A model generated the notes under the pieces. The model worked only from the letters and a program-made list of their open reading frames with translations, did not search any database and was not told where the DNA came from. This document shows, one piece after another, positions 28,701 to 38,320 of a stretch of DNA of 64,000 nt (the first letter of the stretch is position 1; each line of letters begins with the position of its first letter). A program made the translations under genes and the position numbers. Origin of the DNA: Antedon mediterranea (Eukaryota > Animalia > Echinodermata); assembly GCF_964355755.1 (NCBI RefSeq), contig NC_092680.1, positions 12,214,001 through 12,278,000 of the forward strand, read 5' to 3'.

Positions 28701-30138
28701 CTTCAAGATTCCGCTCTGCCCATGTGGGATCTGGATTTCCTGGTGCTCGTACTCCTGCAATATTACCTAATATCAAGTCATAAATAGGGTTATTCATACA
28801 TAGTGCATACGTATTTCCTGAAAAAAATGGTGTATTAACCTGTATTAATGCAACCGGTAGGTTGCGGACCGTGCCGTCAATCAGCACACAGGTTTTCTCC
28901 TTACCAGTAAGTTGTTCGGCTGATACCAGATCTTTCTTTACAACCACCCCACTACAGCCACTGTCACGAAGAACAGAGACGCAGCGTGACCCGACACAGC
29001 CTGTATAAACGGGCATTTTACTAATTGAATTATTTAGAGCCGCTGTCATAATTGGAAGACAGTGCCCACATTGAAGAGTGACCCTATCACCATCATCATT
29101 GATACAACATTGATTTAAAGATTCTGACATTTTTGTAACCATACTGGCACCCACATCGGGAATTTCTTTTTTGGCTTTACATTCGTGTTGTTTTGTACAT
29201 TTTTGGCAATCAGACTCTTTTTGTGGTGAAGTAGACAACCCAGCGCAACTGTTGGCGTCCTGTCTACAATTTCTGGCAATATGTCCTGTTTTTAAGCATC
29301 GGTAACATTTTGGAGGAGAGTTTGGTTTATACATAGTTGAAACTCTGCAATTTCTAGCTAAGTGACCTACACGATGGCATATAAAACAAGTTGGACTACG
29401 GAAACTAGAAGGGCTTTGTGCTGAGGATGTACTGGGAACATTATTAGAGGAAAGTTGAGGGGAATTCGGCTCCTTTTGTTTAAACTCTATTGGTTTACCA
29501 AATAACCCCCCACGGGCTTCCAAATATTGTTCAGCAATTTCAGCCATCGCTTGTATCGTTTTCGGTTGACGTTCCCTTAGGAACAAGGCAAGGTCCTTCC
29601 CACACCCATCAGTAAATTGCTCTCGCAGCAATAAATCTTTTAACCCTTGAAAGGTTTTCTCCCCCTCTGCTAGGTCAATCCACCTATCCAGATAATTGCT
29701 TAACCTTGCAGCGAACTGCAGTCCACTTTCCCCGTGTTTGGGCTTGGCTGTTCGTAACTTATGTCGAAATCCATCGGCGGTTAACTGAAACCGTTTTAGA
29801 AGAGCCAATTTCAACAGTTTGTAATCATTAGCTTCAGCTGAAGACAACCTGTAATAAACTTCGAGAGCTTTCCCAGTTAGTAGGGCACTTAAGTTAACCG
29901 GCCACTCACTTTCTTTCCACTCCTGACTAGTCGCATACCGTTCAAACCTTTTCAGATAGGCATCTAGGTCATCTGTTCGGTCATGGAAAGGGGGTAATTT
30001 AGGTTTACTGGCCTTAACCCGTGACTCAGGATTGGGCAATACTCTACCACCTGGCCGTGCCCGATTCTTTTCTTGCTCTAATTGGATTTCTAACCTTCGC
30101 ATTTCTATGAGATAGGCCTGATTTTCAGCTTCTTTCAC
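25783..30138 (-). CDS. Gag-Pol polyprotein: capsid (SCAN-like), 2 CCHC knuckles, aspartic protease, integrase, reverse transcriptase, RNase H
   Basis: 1451-aa ORF: CFICHRVGHLARNC and CYRCLKTGHIARNC; LRDSGCS (~28960); HHCC AHETLLGGH..CRSCDIC; rve AVDIVGP..TDRGSQF..VERFNGTLK; WKGPF; RT FCVDFRKLN, MPFGLVNAPATF, YIDD (~26575); RNase H RTDAS..EKECLA..TDHQPL..NVGADYLSR. The true start is probably in the upstream ORF. Confidence 0.97.
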   Translation of the reverse strand: MKEAENQAYLIEMRRLEIQLEQEKNRARPGGRVLPNPESRVKASKPKLPPFHDRTDDLDAYLKRFERYATSQEWKESEWPVNLSALLTGKALEVYYRLSSAEANDYKLLKLALLKRFQLTADGFRHKLRTAKPKHGESGLQFAARLSNYLDRWIDLAEGEKTFQGLKDLLLREQFTDGCGKDLALFLRERQPKTIQAMAEIAEQYLEARGGLFGKPIEFKQKEPNSPQLSSNNVPSTSSAQSPSSFRSPTCFICHRVGHLARNCRVSTMYKPNSPPKCYRCLKTGHIARNCRQDANSCAGLSTSPQKESDCQKCTKQHECKAKKEIPDVGASMVTKMSESLNQCCINDDGDRVTLQCGHCLPIMTAALNNSISKMPVYTGCVGSRCVSVLRDSGCSGVVVKKDLVSAEQLTGKEKTCVLIDGTVRNLPVALIQVNTPFFSGNTYALCMNNPIYDLILGNIAGVRAPGNPDPTWAERNLEGCSVVTRSQANNMDKPFRTLKTTEIHQQIITAVTMKTAQQQDVSLAKFKDLAEKQTTTVSNKQATSRFIYHKDLLYRQFSSPNIEHGDKFTQLVVPADYRRQVMRQAHETLLGGHQGVKKTTDKVLTTFWWPGVTADITRYCRSCDICQRTVQKGRVTKVPLGSMPLIEVPFERIAVDIVGPIFPMSKGRNRYIITIIDFATRYPEAVPLPSIEAERVAEALVGVFSRLGIPKEMLTDRGSQFTSEVMKQVSKLLSIRQVMTSPYHPACNGLVERFNGTLKQMLKRMCAERPTDWDRYIDPLLFAVRESSQESLGFSPFELLYGRTVRGPMSILRELWTEEIETPETKTTYQYVMDLQERLHETCQMAQKNLQKSKVRYKQYYDKKSKSREFEVGDKVLLLLPTDKNKLLLQWKGPFKVVKKCGYLDYQIDINGKFKIFHANLLKRYYERTADISAALEVSEPSGILELASTAVIECEPNETFTSNQNYHLSNENLLQLHPLLAKETTADIRINESLDDTLKHEVHRLIGNYKDVLTDLPGKTTLGQHEIKLETEDIIRSKPYPLPHALRGTIKDEVNMMLNLGVVEPSGAPFASPIVLVKKPDGSNRFCVDFRKLNQVTVFDAEPISDQEELFTRLAHDHYFTKIDLSKGYWQVPMDEASKPLTSFLTPDGLFQFNVMPFGLVNAPATFSRIMRKLLKGMDNTLNYIDDILIHTASWDQHMKCLSELFGRLRRANLTARPSKCFIGYETIEFLGHVVGKGQVKPRVEKVQSILSAKQPERKKQLRSFLGMTNYYRKFIPNYSVIACPLTDKTKNREPNRICWEKAQESAFVKLKGKLNSTPILCLPNLNKDFILRTDASECGVGAVLMQQYGDVKFPVAYASKKLLPREKAYSVMEKECLAIVWSVRKFESYLYGRNFTLETDHQPLVFMQRAKLSNGRIMRWALALQPYKFRIEAIKGSENVGADYLSRV

Positions 30139-30146
30139 TCTTTCAT

Positions 30147-30428
30147 TTACTCTCTCTTTTTCTTCACTCGCTCTTTTCTCTCTGCTTCGTCCCTCTCTAG
30201 CACCTCTCTTCTCTCTCTCTCTTCCTTTTCTAGTACCTCTCTTCTCTCTCTCTCTTCCTTGTCTCTGTTTCGCTCTTTTTCTTCTCTCTCCCTGTTTCTT
30301 TCTTCTCTCTCTAGTGCTCTCTCTTCTCTCTCTCTGGCAGCTTCCTCTCTCTTTTCCACAAACTCTCTTAATTCCACTCCATCTAACCCCAACGCTTTTC
30401 CTGCGTCAACAATTTTAGTGAGATCCAT
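30147..30428 (-). CDS. N-terminal part of Gag (E/R-rich coiled coil), out of frame with the main ORF
   Basis: First long ATG-initiated ORF after the PBS; MDLTKIVDAGKALGLDGVELREFV followed by ER repeats. The main ORF frame is open from 30405 and overlaps it in the -1 frame. Confidence 0.8.
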   Translation of the reverse strand: MDLTKIVDAGKALGLDGVELREFVEKREEAAREREERALEREERNREREEKERNRDKEERERREVLEKEERERREVLERDEAERKERVKKKRE

Positions 30429-30575
30429 TTCTTAAGAAAAAAAAAATATATATATATATATATGTATAAGTATCCAATATAAGTATACAGTATGTCAATA
30501 ATATGACAAATAGACAATCCAATCAATTACGTACAATTGTTTCATCTACCGATGTTCACGCTAAGTTACAAAGTT

Positions 30576-30592
30576 TCCCGGACGAGCCCCCA
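30576..30592 (-). promoter_or_regulatory. Primer binding site complementary to the tRNA-Pro 3' end
   Basis: Minus strand TGGGGGCTCGTCCGGGA, 4 nt inside the 5' LTR; matches the first 17 nt of the well-known MLV tRNA-Pro PBS TGGGGGCTCGTCCGGGAT. Confidence 0.92.
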
Positions 30593-30596
30593 TAAA

Positions 30597-31891
30597 TGTC
30601 ACACAGCCGCAATTACGGCTCTTTCGGACATGTAATATCTGGTAACCACCGGTAAACAACGGTAAATAGCCACAACTGTACACATATAAATGTAAAAAGT
30701 AAATTTAATAATAATCTTTGACAAACAATTCTTCCTTCTATAATCCAAACCCCACCTAAAAAAAAACGCCCCAAAAAAACCCAAGCAATTCTCAACCAAT
30801 GATACAGTACCCCTATTCCCACACAATTTATACACTTTCCCAAATTCCCAATCCTTCCAGACAAAATATCGACAATCTTCTTATTGTCAGATATAAATCC
30901 CAGAAACCCCCCTTCCAAATACAATAATATCACAAGATGAATAATACAATAATAAATGTCCACAATATCGTTCCTTCTTGCCTTTTCTCCTACGCTGACA
31001 CAAAACAAATTCGAAAGATAAAAGTTAAAACGATTCCGCAACTAAACAACTCCTCTGCTCCCGTTCTGCTTGTATTCCCAATTATACTTCTTCTCAACCT
31101 GCAACTATCTTCTGACATATAAATAAATGAAATATAAAGTTAAAAATGTTTCTTGAGGTCCTTCTGCACTGCAATCCGCTCCCCGATCAATTATTTCTTT
31201 CTCCTTTTCCACGTAACATAATATCAGTATCAATAAAGTCAGTCTTCGATACTTTCAACAAAAGCTTTCTTTAAAAGCAATTAATTCTGCTATTTCCAAC
31301 AGTTATTATTCGATTTATTAACTTCATGTATCTCACTTTATTTCATTTCTGCTCCAGCTCTAGATCACCATAATTATTTCCAACTCACAATTTATTAACT
31401 TCATGTATATCACCTTATTTCGTTTCTGCTTCAGCTCTATATCACCATAATTATTTCCAACTCACAATTTACTAACTTCATGTAGATCACCTTATTTCCT
31501 TTCCGCTTCAGCTCTATATCACCATACTTCTTTCCAACCCACAATTTATTAACTTCATATATACCACTTTACTTCCTTTCTGCTTCAACATAACATAACC
31601 CTCCTTCTCTGTCTCCTCTCAATTTTCATCTCCTTCTCAAACTTCCCTCAATTGCACACATACCACCACCTTATCCTTCTCAACCAATCAGCAACTCACA
31701 CACCAACTCAACTCTTACACCTCTCCTCCAATCAGCAACCTCCACACACTCCTTCTCTGCACACTAACACTCTGCTCCACTGGCTTCAAACAATAGTTTC
31801 CTAAAACAAAAGAAAGGTTCAAATAATGAAAACAAAAGGAAAAGTAAGAATAACTTGCACAATAAATACGAAACTTATGTCACTTGTGACA
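30597..31891 (-). repeat. 5' LTR of the Gmr1-like element
   Basis: Near-identical to 24439-25733 (4 substitutions seen by eye); adjacent to the PBS. Confidence 0.96.
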
Positions 31892-32026
31892 GGGAGAGAT
31901 AGATCAGCGAGAGAGAGATAGATCAGCGAGAGAGAGATAGATCAGCGAGAGAGAGATAGATCAGCGAGAGAGAGATAGATCAGCGAGAGAGAGATAGATC
32001 AGCGAGAGAGAGATAGATCAGAGAGG
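31892..32026. repeat. Continuation of the GATCAGC(GA)n satellite (~7 units)
   Basis: Same unit; removing the LTR element restores GATCAGTGAGAGGGAGAGATAGATC, a variant seen elsewhere in the array. Confidence 0.95.
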
Positions 32027-32434
32027 GAGCGCACAATGCAACTTTTCAATGCTAATCAGCGGCGGCCGATCAGCATATCGCGATGCAACCTGTTTTTTGG
32101 GTGCAATTATGCTGATTTCAGATGCACTCGCGTCGATTGAAGAATTTTCAGCAGTTAGGTAATCACTGGCATTCAGCCTCTTTCACTAATTTTATAAATA
32201 AACCCATCCGGACGCGGTGTTTTTTTAAATTTTTAAATTCATCTGTATTGATCTGATCGTTAAAACAGACTGTTTGTAGAAAGGTAAGGCTATAAGCTAG
32301 GTACTTTTATTACATTTTATTATCCTAACATAAATTTTTATTGCATAACCAAGTGCCTTAATCCCTGTACTAAAGTACAGAGATTTTTTGTTTTAAATGG
32401 CCAAAATAAAAAAATACCACCATAAAATGATTGT

Positions 32435-32942
32435 GGCCTAGCCTAGCCTAGGCCTAGGCCTAGGCCTAGCCTAGAGGCCCCTAGTTAGGCTTAGGCCTAC
32501 TAGCCTAGGCCCTAGAGGGCTAGGTCTAGGCCTAGCTAGGCTAGGCCTAGGCCTAGCTAGCTAGCTAGAGGCCTAACAATAATTAATAAGCCCTCCTAGC
32601 TAGGCTAGGTCCTAGCTAGCTTAGCTAGGCCTAGCCTAGGAGGCATAGCCTACCTAGCTAGGCCTAGGCCTGCGTATTAAAGTATTATTATAGGCCTAGG
32701 CCTAGATAGGGTAGGAACTAAACCTACCTCCTTGGGCCAGGCTATAGGGCCTACTAGCCTGGTCTACCTAGCTAGGCCTAGGCTAGGTTAATAATAGTTT
32801 AGGCCTAGCCTAGTTGGCTGAATCTGTCTGTAGCCTAGATAGGAGGTTAGGTGTAGGCCTATGTCATGTATAGGCCTAGTCTCTAGCTAGGCCTATCAAT
32901 CATACCACACTAGCTAGGTTAGAGTAGGCCCCTAGGCCTAGC
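32435..32942. repeat. CTAG/GGCC/AGCT low-complexity palindromic simple-repeat tract
   Basis: Dense CCTAGG, AGGCCT and CTAGCTAG words; lies between a donor AAG|GTAAGG (32284) and acceptor TTCCACAG (33059), i.e. in a probable first intron. Confidence 0.85.
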
Positions 32943-34410
32943 ATAAAGGAGAGGGTATTAAAAGTTGGACCACAGTAGGCCCTTCTCGTTAGCAAGTATA
33001 TGCTACCCCTGGCTTCAGTGCTTTTTTTTTCTTCAAAAAATGTATCATTTGTTCCACAGATTATTTCAAAATGGACCGTTTTTGTAATTCACCCGTAAGT
33101 AAACAATTCATTTACCTAAATTTACCTGAATCCAGGATGATTTATTCCAGGTTTGGTGGAGCGATTCAACTCGCTTTGTATACTGAAACATCCAGATTTT
33201 ATGCTGGACCAAATGGTTGTTGTCAGTTGTTGGTATTTTAAGTTTATAAAATGTTATCGCTAAAGCAGACTTTTTATAAAATGTACGTCATTACTAATCT
33301 AATCTCCTAAATGAGCTGACATGTCCCGTACTGATAATGCTCCTTGGCTGAATCACAAATGTAATAATCCATTTATCTAGAGCTTATCTTAGTCATGGAA
33401 TTCAACTTTTTCAAGTACAGTATATAAAAGTAAGGTTAAGCCTTAGAAAAGTAATAATAATACTGCACTATGTAATAATAGTTACGGATAACTTTAGTTT
33501 AATTATTTGTAACAAATATACAATAATAATAACATTATTTTTTTATAGCAACCTGATGAATTAACTGAAAGCGATTTTTTTTAATCATGAAGACTGGTAA
33601 GTATAGTTAGAAATTTATTGATAAATTACTCCATTTTTACATCCATGACAAATTTAGATGGTAAGTATTTTATTTTTAATTCCAATATTGTATCTTCGTT
33701 GGTACAGCCTTCTTGAAAAATGACATGTTATAAACAAACCTTTATTCATTTTTATTCATAATGATAAAAAAGTAAGGGTTTGAAATGATTTTTTTAATTA
33801 TTTGCTTTAATGAAATAAAAGAGGTTAATAATTAGAGCCTGTATTTGTTTTTCAAAGTAAAAATTAACTAACAATATTTGTTTAATTTTATTATTAGTAG
33901 CAAAGAAGACTACATGTCTGACAAAGTGTAAGTATCCAATTTGAGAATAAATCGGTTGTGTTTGTATGAACCACGACATCCAGATTACTGATCTTGCGCT
34001 GATGGCTAGGGTTTAATTTGAGCCTACCTTGCAAATTTTAATATTAATCGGTTCAATAATTAACCAGTTAGTTAACTCGGGTGATTTGTTATCTGTGATA
34101 AACCATTTTTGCCATAAATTTACAATTTTGTTTTATTTTGACGTAATTATTTATACTTTATTATTCACACCATACAATTCAAACTTATTTTTGTTAAAAA
34201 ATAAATACTTGAAATTATTTTGTTAACGAAGAATAGGATATATACTGTTGTTTATTTACCTAAAGCCAAACATCTATTCTAATTTGTGCAAACATACATG
34301 CTTATATAATTTCTATATTATTTCATAGTAGGTCTATAAATAGTTTTTTTTTTCGACTTTTATTTTAATACACCTACAATATTTGTGTGTACTTTGTGAA
34401 CTATTAATAG

Positions 34411-34620
34411 AAGTGAGGATGGAGAATTTGAGAAGAAAGAAAATAAGGAAGAGGAAAACATGGAGGAGGAAGAAAATGAGAAAGAAGACGAGGAAGAAGA
34501 AATGGAGGAAGAGGAAAACATGGAGGAGGAGGAGGAGATGGAGGAGGAGGAGGAGGAGGAAGAAGAAGAAGAAGAAAGCGAGAAAGAAGACGAGGAAAAA
34601 GAAGAGGAGGTAGTTGAGAT
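34411..34620 (+). CDS. Glu-rich exon (SEDGEFEKKENKEEENMEEEE...EEEVVE)
   Basis: TAATAG acceptor, GTAAGT donor, 210 nt, phase 2-2, compatible with the flanking microexons 33901-33927 and 34809-34838. Confidence 0.75.
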
Positions 34621-36289
34621 GTAAGTTATGAACTGTTTTGTATTTAGACATTCTAGAATGAACATAGTTTATCATTTTCTAAAATTTACCAGTATTATTT
34701 TTCTAGATTGAGCTTATTATGTAGCAAAACATATACTATTGAGCATCCTTATTTGTGTTAACTTTAGTTATTACTATAACCATAACAATATTTTTTTAAT
34801 TTGTTTAGGTATAGTGATTTTCAAAAGAAGGGAAAAAAGTAAATATAATATTTTTTGACTAATACTGTAATTAAAATAAACAGCCAATGGATCACTTAGG
34901 CCCTAAATGCTATGTTATTAAATAATGTAAAAATAAAAATACGGTAGTTATATACAGTTAACATGAAATATTATATTACTTTATCAGTACTTTTCCTTTA
35001 ATACCTATGTGTTGTATTTTGTTTTTATTAGGAAGGACATAGAAAAGAAGAAAGCTGTAAGGGAAAGTAGCATATTGAATATACTTTTGTACTTAATTTG
35101 AAGTAAAATATTAACTTAAACTTTGTTTCCTCATTTTTTTTATTATCAATTTAGCTAGATTAAATTTTCCCTGTAGATTAGCATCAAAAATCTAATTACC
35201 GTAGATAGTTGTAGTTTACATCTGTGGTTACTGAAGTCTTAAATTATTTAACTTCATTAAAATAGTTTTTTTTATTGAATACAAATAATATAAAATTTTA
35301 TATTTTGATATTGGTTGTTGATAATGAATAGACCTTAAAGCATTCATTCAAAATAGTCATGGTTTATTATTGCCTACAGAACAGAAAATTGTTAACATGC
35401 ATTCTGTGTGGCCGCATAAGCAGGTACCTTGCCAGCCATCTGGAAAAGGCCCACAAAATAATAAATAGAGAAATAATTAAAAACATGGTTGCTGATGCTA
35501 GAAAAAGGTGAGTACTTCATTCATTATGAACAATTTTTTTCATGTGGTTACCAGCTAAATTATAAATAACATATTGTTAAGTATAACATGGAGTTTCTTC
35601 AGCTAAATATAATAAATTACATATTTTTATTTATCTTAGTTTTGTTTGCAGTTTCTTTTTTATAGAATATTTTACTAGTTAACTCTACCAATACTGGAAA
35701 CCGAAAACTGCACTTGTAATGTATTGAAAACCAAACATTCTCAATGGTTTCTATTTTTGGGTGAATTGAATACTGTGATTGGATTATTGAAAAATGATAA
35801 ACAGTTTTGTATGTTTTATCTAGTTATCATGAGTGTATCATTTAAAGTTTTCTAGATACTAATGATAAAGGGGGAAAAAAAAAGCCAGACATTCCTGCAG
35901 TGTGCCTGGATGTTCGGCTAAAAACCTGGCAAGGTATGACATGCATCTGCAAAGGAAGCATAAATTCCCTGTAAGTTAAAATTCTTTCAACTTTAGCAGA
36001 TATATGTTCAATCAAATGTTAAATTAAATTTTTTGTTTTATTTCAGACCAAGAAATAGTGTGTAGAGTAGTAATGTATTTCCAACTATTATAATTGTTTG
36101 TTTATTGTTTATTTTTTTTTAAAATATGTATGTTAATTACAAAAATCTATTTTTTAGAGTTCGTAGAGTATCACCACTCTGTCTCAGGTCCAAATTTTGA
36201 GGTGTACATGCAGTACACTTTAAAATTATTTATTATTTTGTTAGTATTTAATAGAATGTGTGTTTGTTTTATTTTAATCTATGCTTAAA

Positions 36290-38320
36290 TCCACCACATT
36301 CAAATTCGGATGTGGCATACACTTTCATATTAACATCATCCACCAGATAACTGCATGCATGTTTATTTGTTTAGTAGTTTATAGAATGTGTTTGTATGTT
36401 TGTTTTTTTTTTATTTAATCTATGCTAATTTTTCAGATTCAAATCCTGATGTGGCATACACTTTCATATTAACATCATCCACCAGATAACTGCATGCATG
36501 TTTATTTATTTAGTAGTTTATAGAATGTGTTTGTGTGTTTGTTTTATTTTAATTTAATCTATGCTAATCACTCAGATTCAAATCCTGATGTGGCATACAC
36601 TTTCATATTAACATCATCCACCAGATAACTGCATGAATGTTTATTTGTTTAGTAGTTTATAGAATGTGTTTGTATGTTTGTTTTATTTTAATTTAATCTA
36701 TGCTAATCACTCAGATTCAAATCCTGATGTGGCATACACTTTCATATTAACATCATCCACCAGATAACTGCATGCATGTTTATTTGTTTACTAGTTTATA
36801 GAATGTGTTTGTGTGTTTGTTTTTAAAAAATTTAATCTATGCTAATTTTTCAGATTCAAATCCTGATGTGGCATACACTTTCATATTAACATCATCCACC
36901 AGATAACTGCATGCATGTTTATTTGTTTAGTAGTTTATAGAATGTGTTTCAGTTTTTGTTTTTTTTAATTTAATCTATACTAATTTTTCAGATTCAAATT
37001 CGGATGTGGCATACACTTTCATATCTCACATCATCCACCAGATAACTGCATGCATGTTTTTTTTGTTTAGTAGTTTATAGAATGTGTTAATCCATGCTAA
37101 TCACTAAAATCTATTTCTTTTATAGAATGCTATCATAGCTCAGCTGGTAGAGCATCGGCACTCTTGTCGAAGGTCTCGGGTTCAAATCCTGATGTGGCAT
37201 ACACTTTCATATTAACATCATCCACCAGATAACTGCATGCATGTTTATTTGTTTAGTAGTTTATAGAATGTGTTTGTGTGTTTGTTTTATTTTAATTTAA
37301 TCTATGCTAATTTTTCAGATTCAAATCCTGATGTGGCATACACTTTCATATTAACATCATCTACCAGATAACTGCATGCATGTTTTTTTGTTTAGTAGTT
37401 TATAGAATGTGTTTGTGTGTTTATTTTACTTTAATTTAATCTATGCTAATCACTCGGATTAAAATCCTGATGTGGCATACACTTTCATATTAACATCATC
37501 CACCAGATAACTGCATGCATGTTTATTTGTTTAGTAGTTTATAGAATGTGTTTGTGTGTTTATTTTTGTTAATTTAATCTATGCTAATCACTCAGATTCA
37601 AATCCTGATGTGGCATACACTTTCATATTAACATCATCCACCAGATAACTGCATGCATGTTTTTTTTGTTTAGTAGTTTATAGAATGTGTTAATCTATGC
37701 TAATCACTAAAATCTATTTCTTTTATAGAATGCTATCATAGCTCAGCTGGTAGAGCATCGGCACTCTTGTCGAAGATCTCGGGTTCAAATCCTGATGTGG
37801 CATACACTTTCATATTAACATCATCCACCAGATAACTGCATGCATGTTTATTTGTTTAGTAGTTTATAGAATGTGTTTGTGTTTTGTTTTATTTTAGTTT
37901 AATCTATGCTAATTTTTCAGATTCAAATCCTGATGTGCCATACACCTTCATATTAACATCATCCACCAGATAACTGCATGCACGTTTTTTTGTTTAGTAG
38001 TTTATAGAATATGTTAATCCATGCTAATCACTAAAATCTATTTCTTTTATAGAATGCTATCATAGCTCAGCTGGTAGAGCATCGGCACTCTTGTCGAAGG
38101 TCTCGGGTTTGAATCCTGATGTGGCATACACTGTCATATTAACATCATCCACCAGATAACTGCATGCATGTTTTTTTGTTTAGTAGTTTATAGAATGTGT
38201 TTGTGTGTTTATTTTATTTTAATTTAATCTATGGTAATCACTCAGATTCAATTCCTGATGTGGCATACACTTTCATATTAACATCATCCACCAGATTACT
38301 GCATGCATGTTTATTTTTTA
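36290..38320 (+). repeat. Intronic tandem array (~139-bp unit) derived from a tRNA-like/SINE head, array 1
   Basis: GATTCAAATCCTGATGTGGCATACAC...CCACCAGATAACTGCATG recurs at 36436, 36575, 36714 (period 139); long variants carry a full tRNA-like head at 37129, 37732 and 38056. Confidence 0.92.
37129..37199 (+). pseudogene. tRNA-like cloverleaf (pseudo-tRNA / SINE head), representative copy
   Basis: GCTATCA TA GCTC-AGCTGGTA-GAGC A TCGGC-ACTCTT-GTCGA AGGTC TCGGG-TTCAAAT-CCTGA TGTGGC A: D, anticodon and T stems pair and A/B boxes are present, but the anticodon loop is 6 nt and the acceptor 3' strand is 1 nt short. Confidence 0.8.

Larger units (their letters stand above)
24439..31891 (-). mobile_element. 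Full-length Gypsy-superfamily LTR retrotransposon, Gmr1-like domain order (7453 bp)
   Basis: Two 1295-bp direct LTRs (TGTCACA...TGTGACA), 5-bp TSD GGGAG (24434-24438 and 31892-31896), PBS, PPT and a gag-pol ORF with PR-IN-RT-RH order. Confidence 0.96.

Noticed and set aside
25994-28770. Short antisense or alternative-frame ORFs within pol
   Set aside because: Shadow ORFs of the long polyprotein.
30147-30360. Gag GA-rich codons as the source of the satellite
   Set aside because: Lacks the GATCAGC core, lies on the opposite strand, and the element inserted into a pre-existing array.
32020-32026. Definite TSD for the giant element (GAGG, or AGAGG vs TGAGG at 63405-63409)
   Set aside because: Flanks are GA-rich, so matches are ambiguous; TSD length cannot be fixed from one copy.
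34334-34675. Poly-R/K, poly-S and poly-F/L ORFs
   Set aside because: Alternative frames of the GAR-rich tract; splice phases support the poly-Glu frame.
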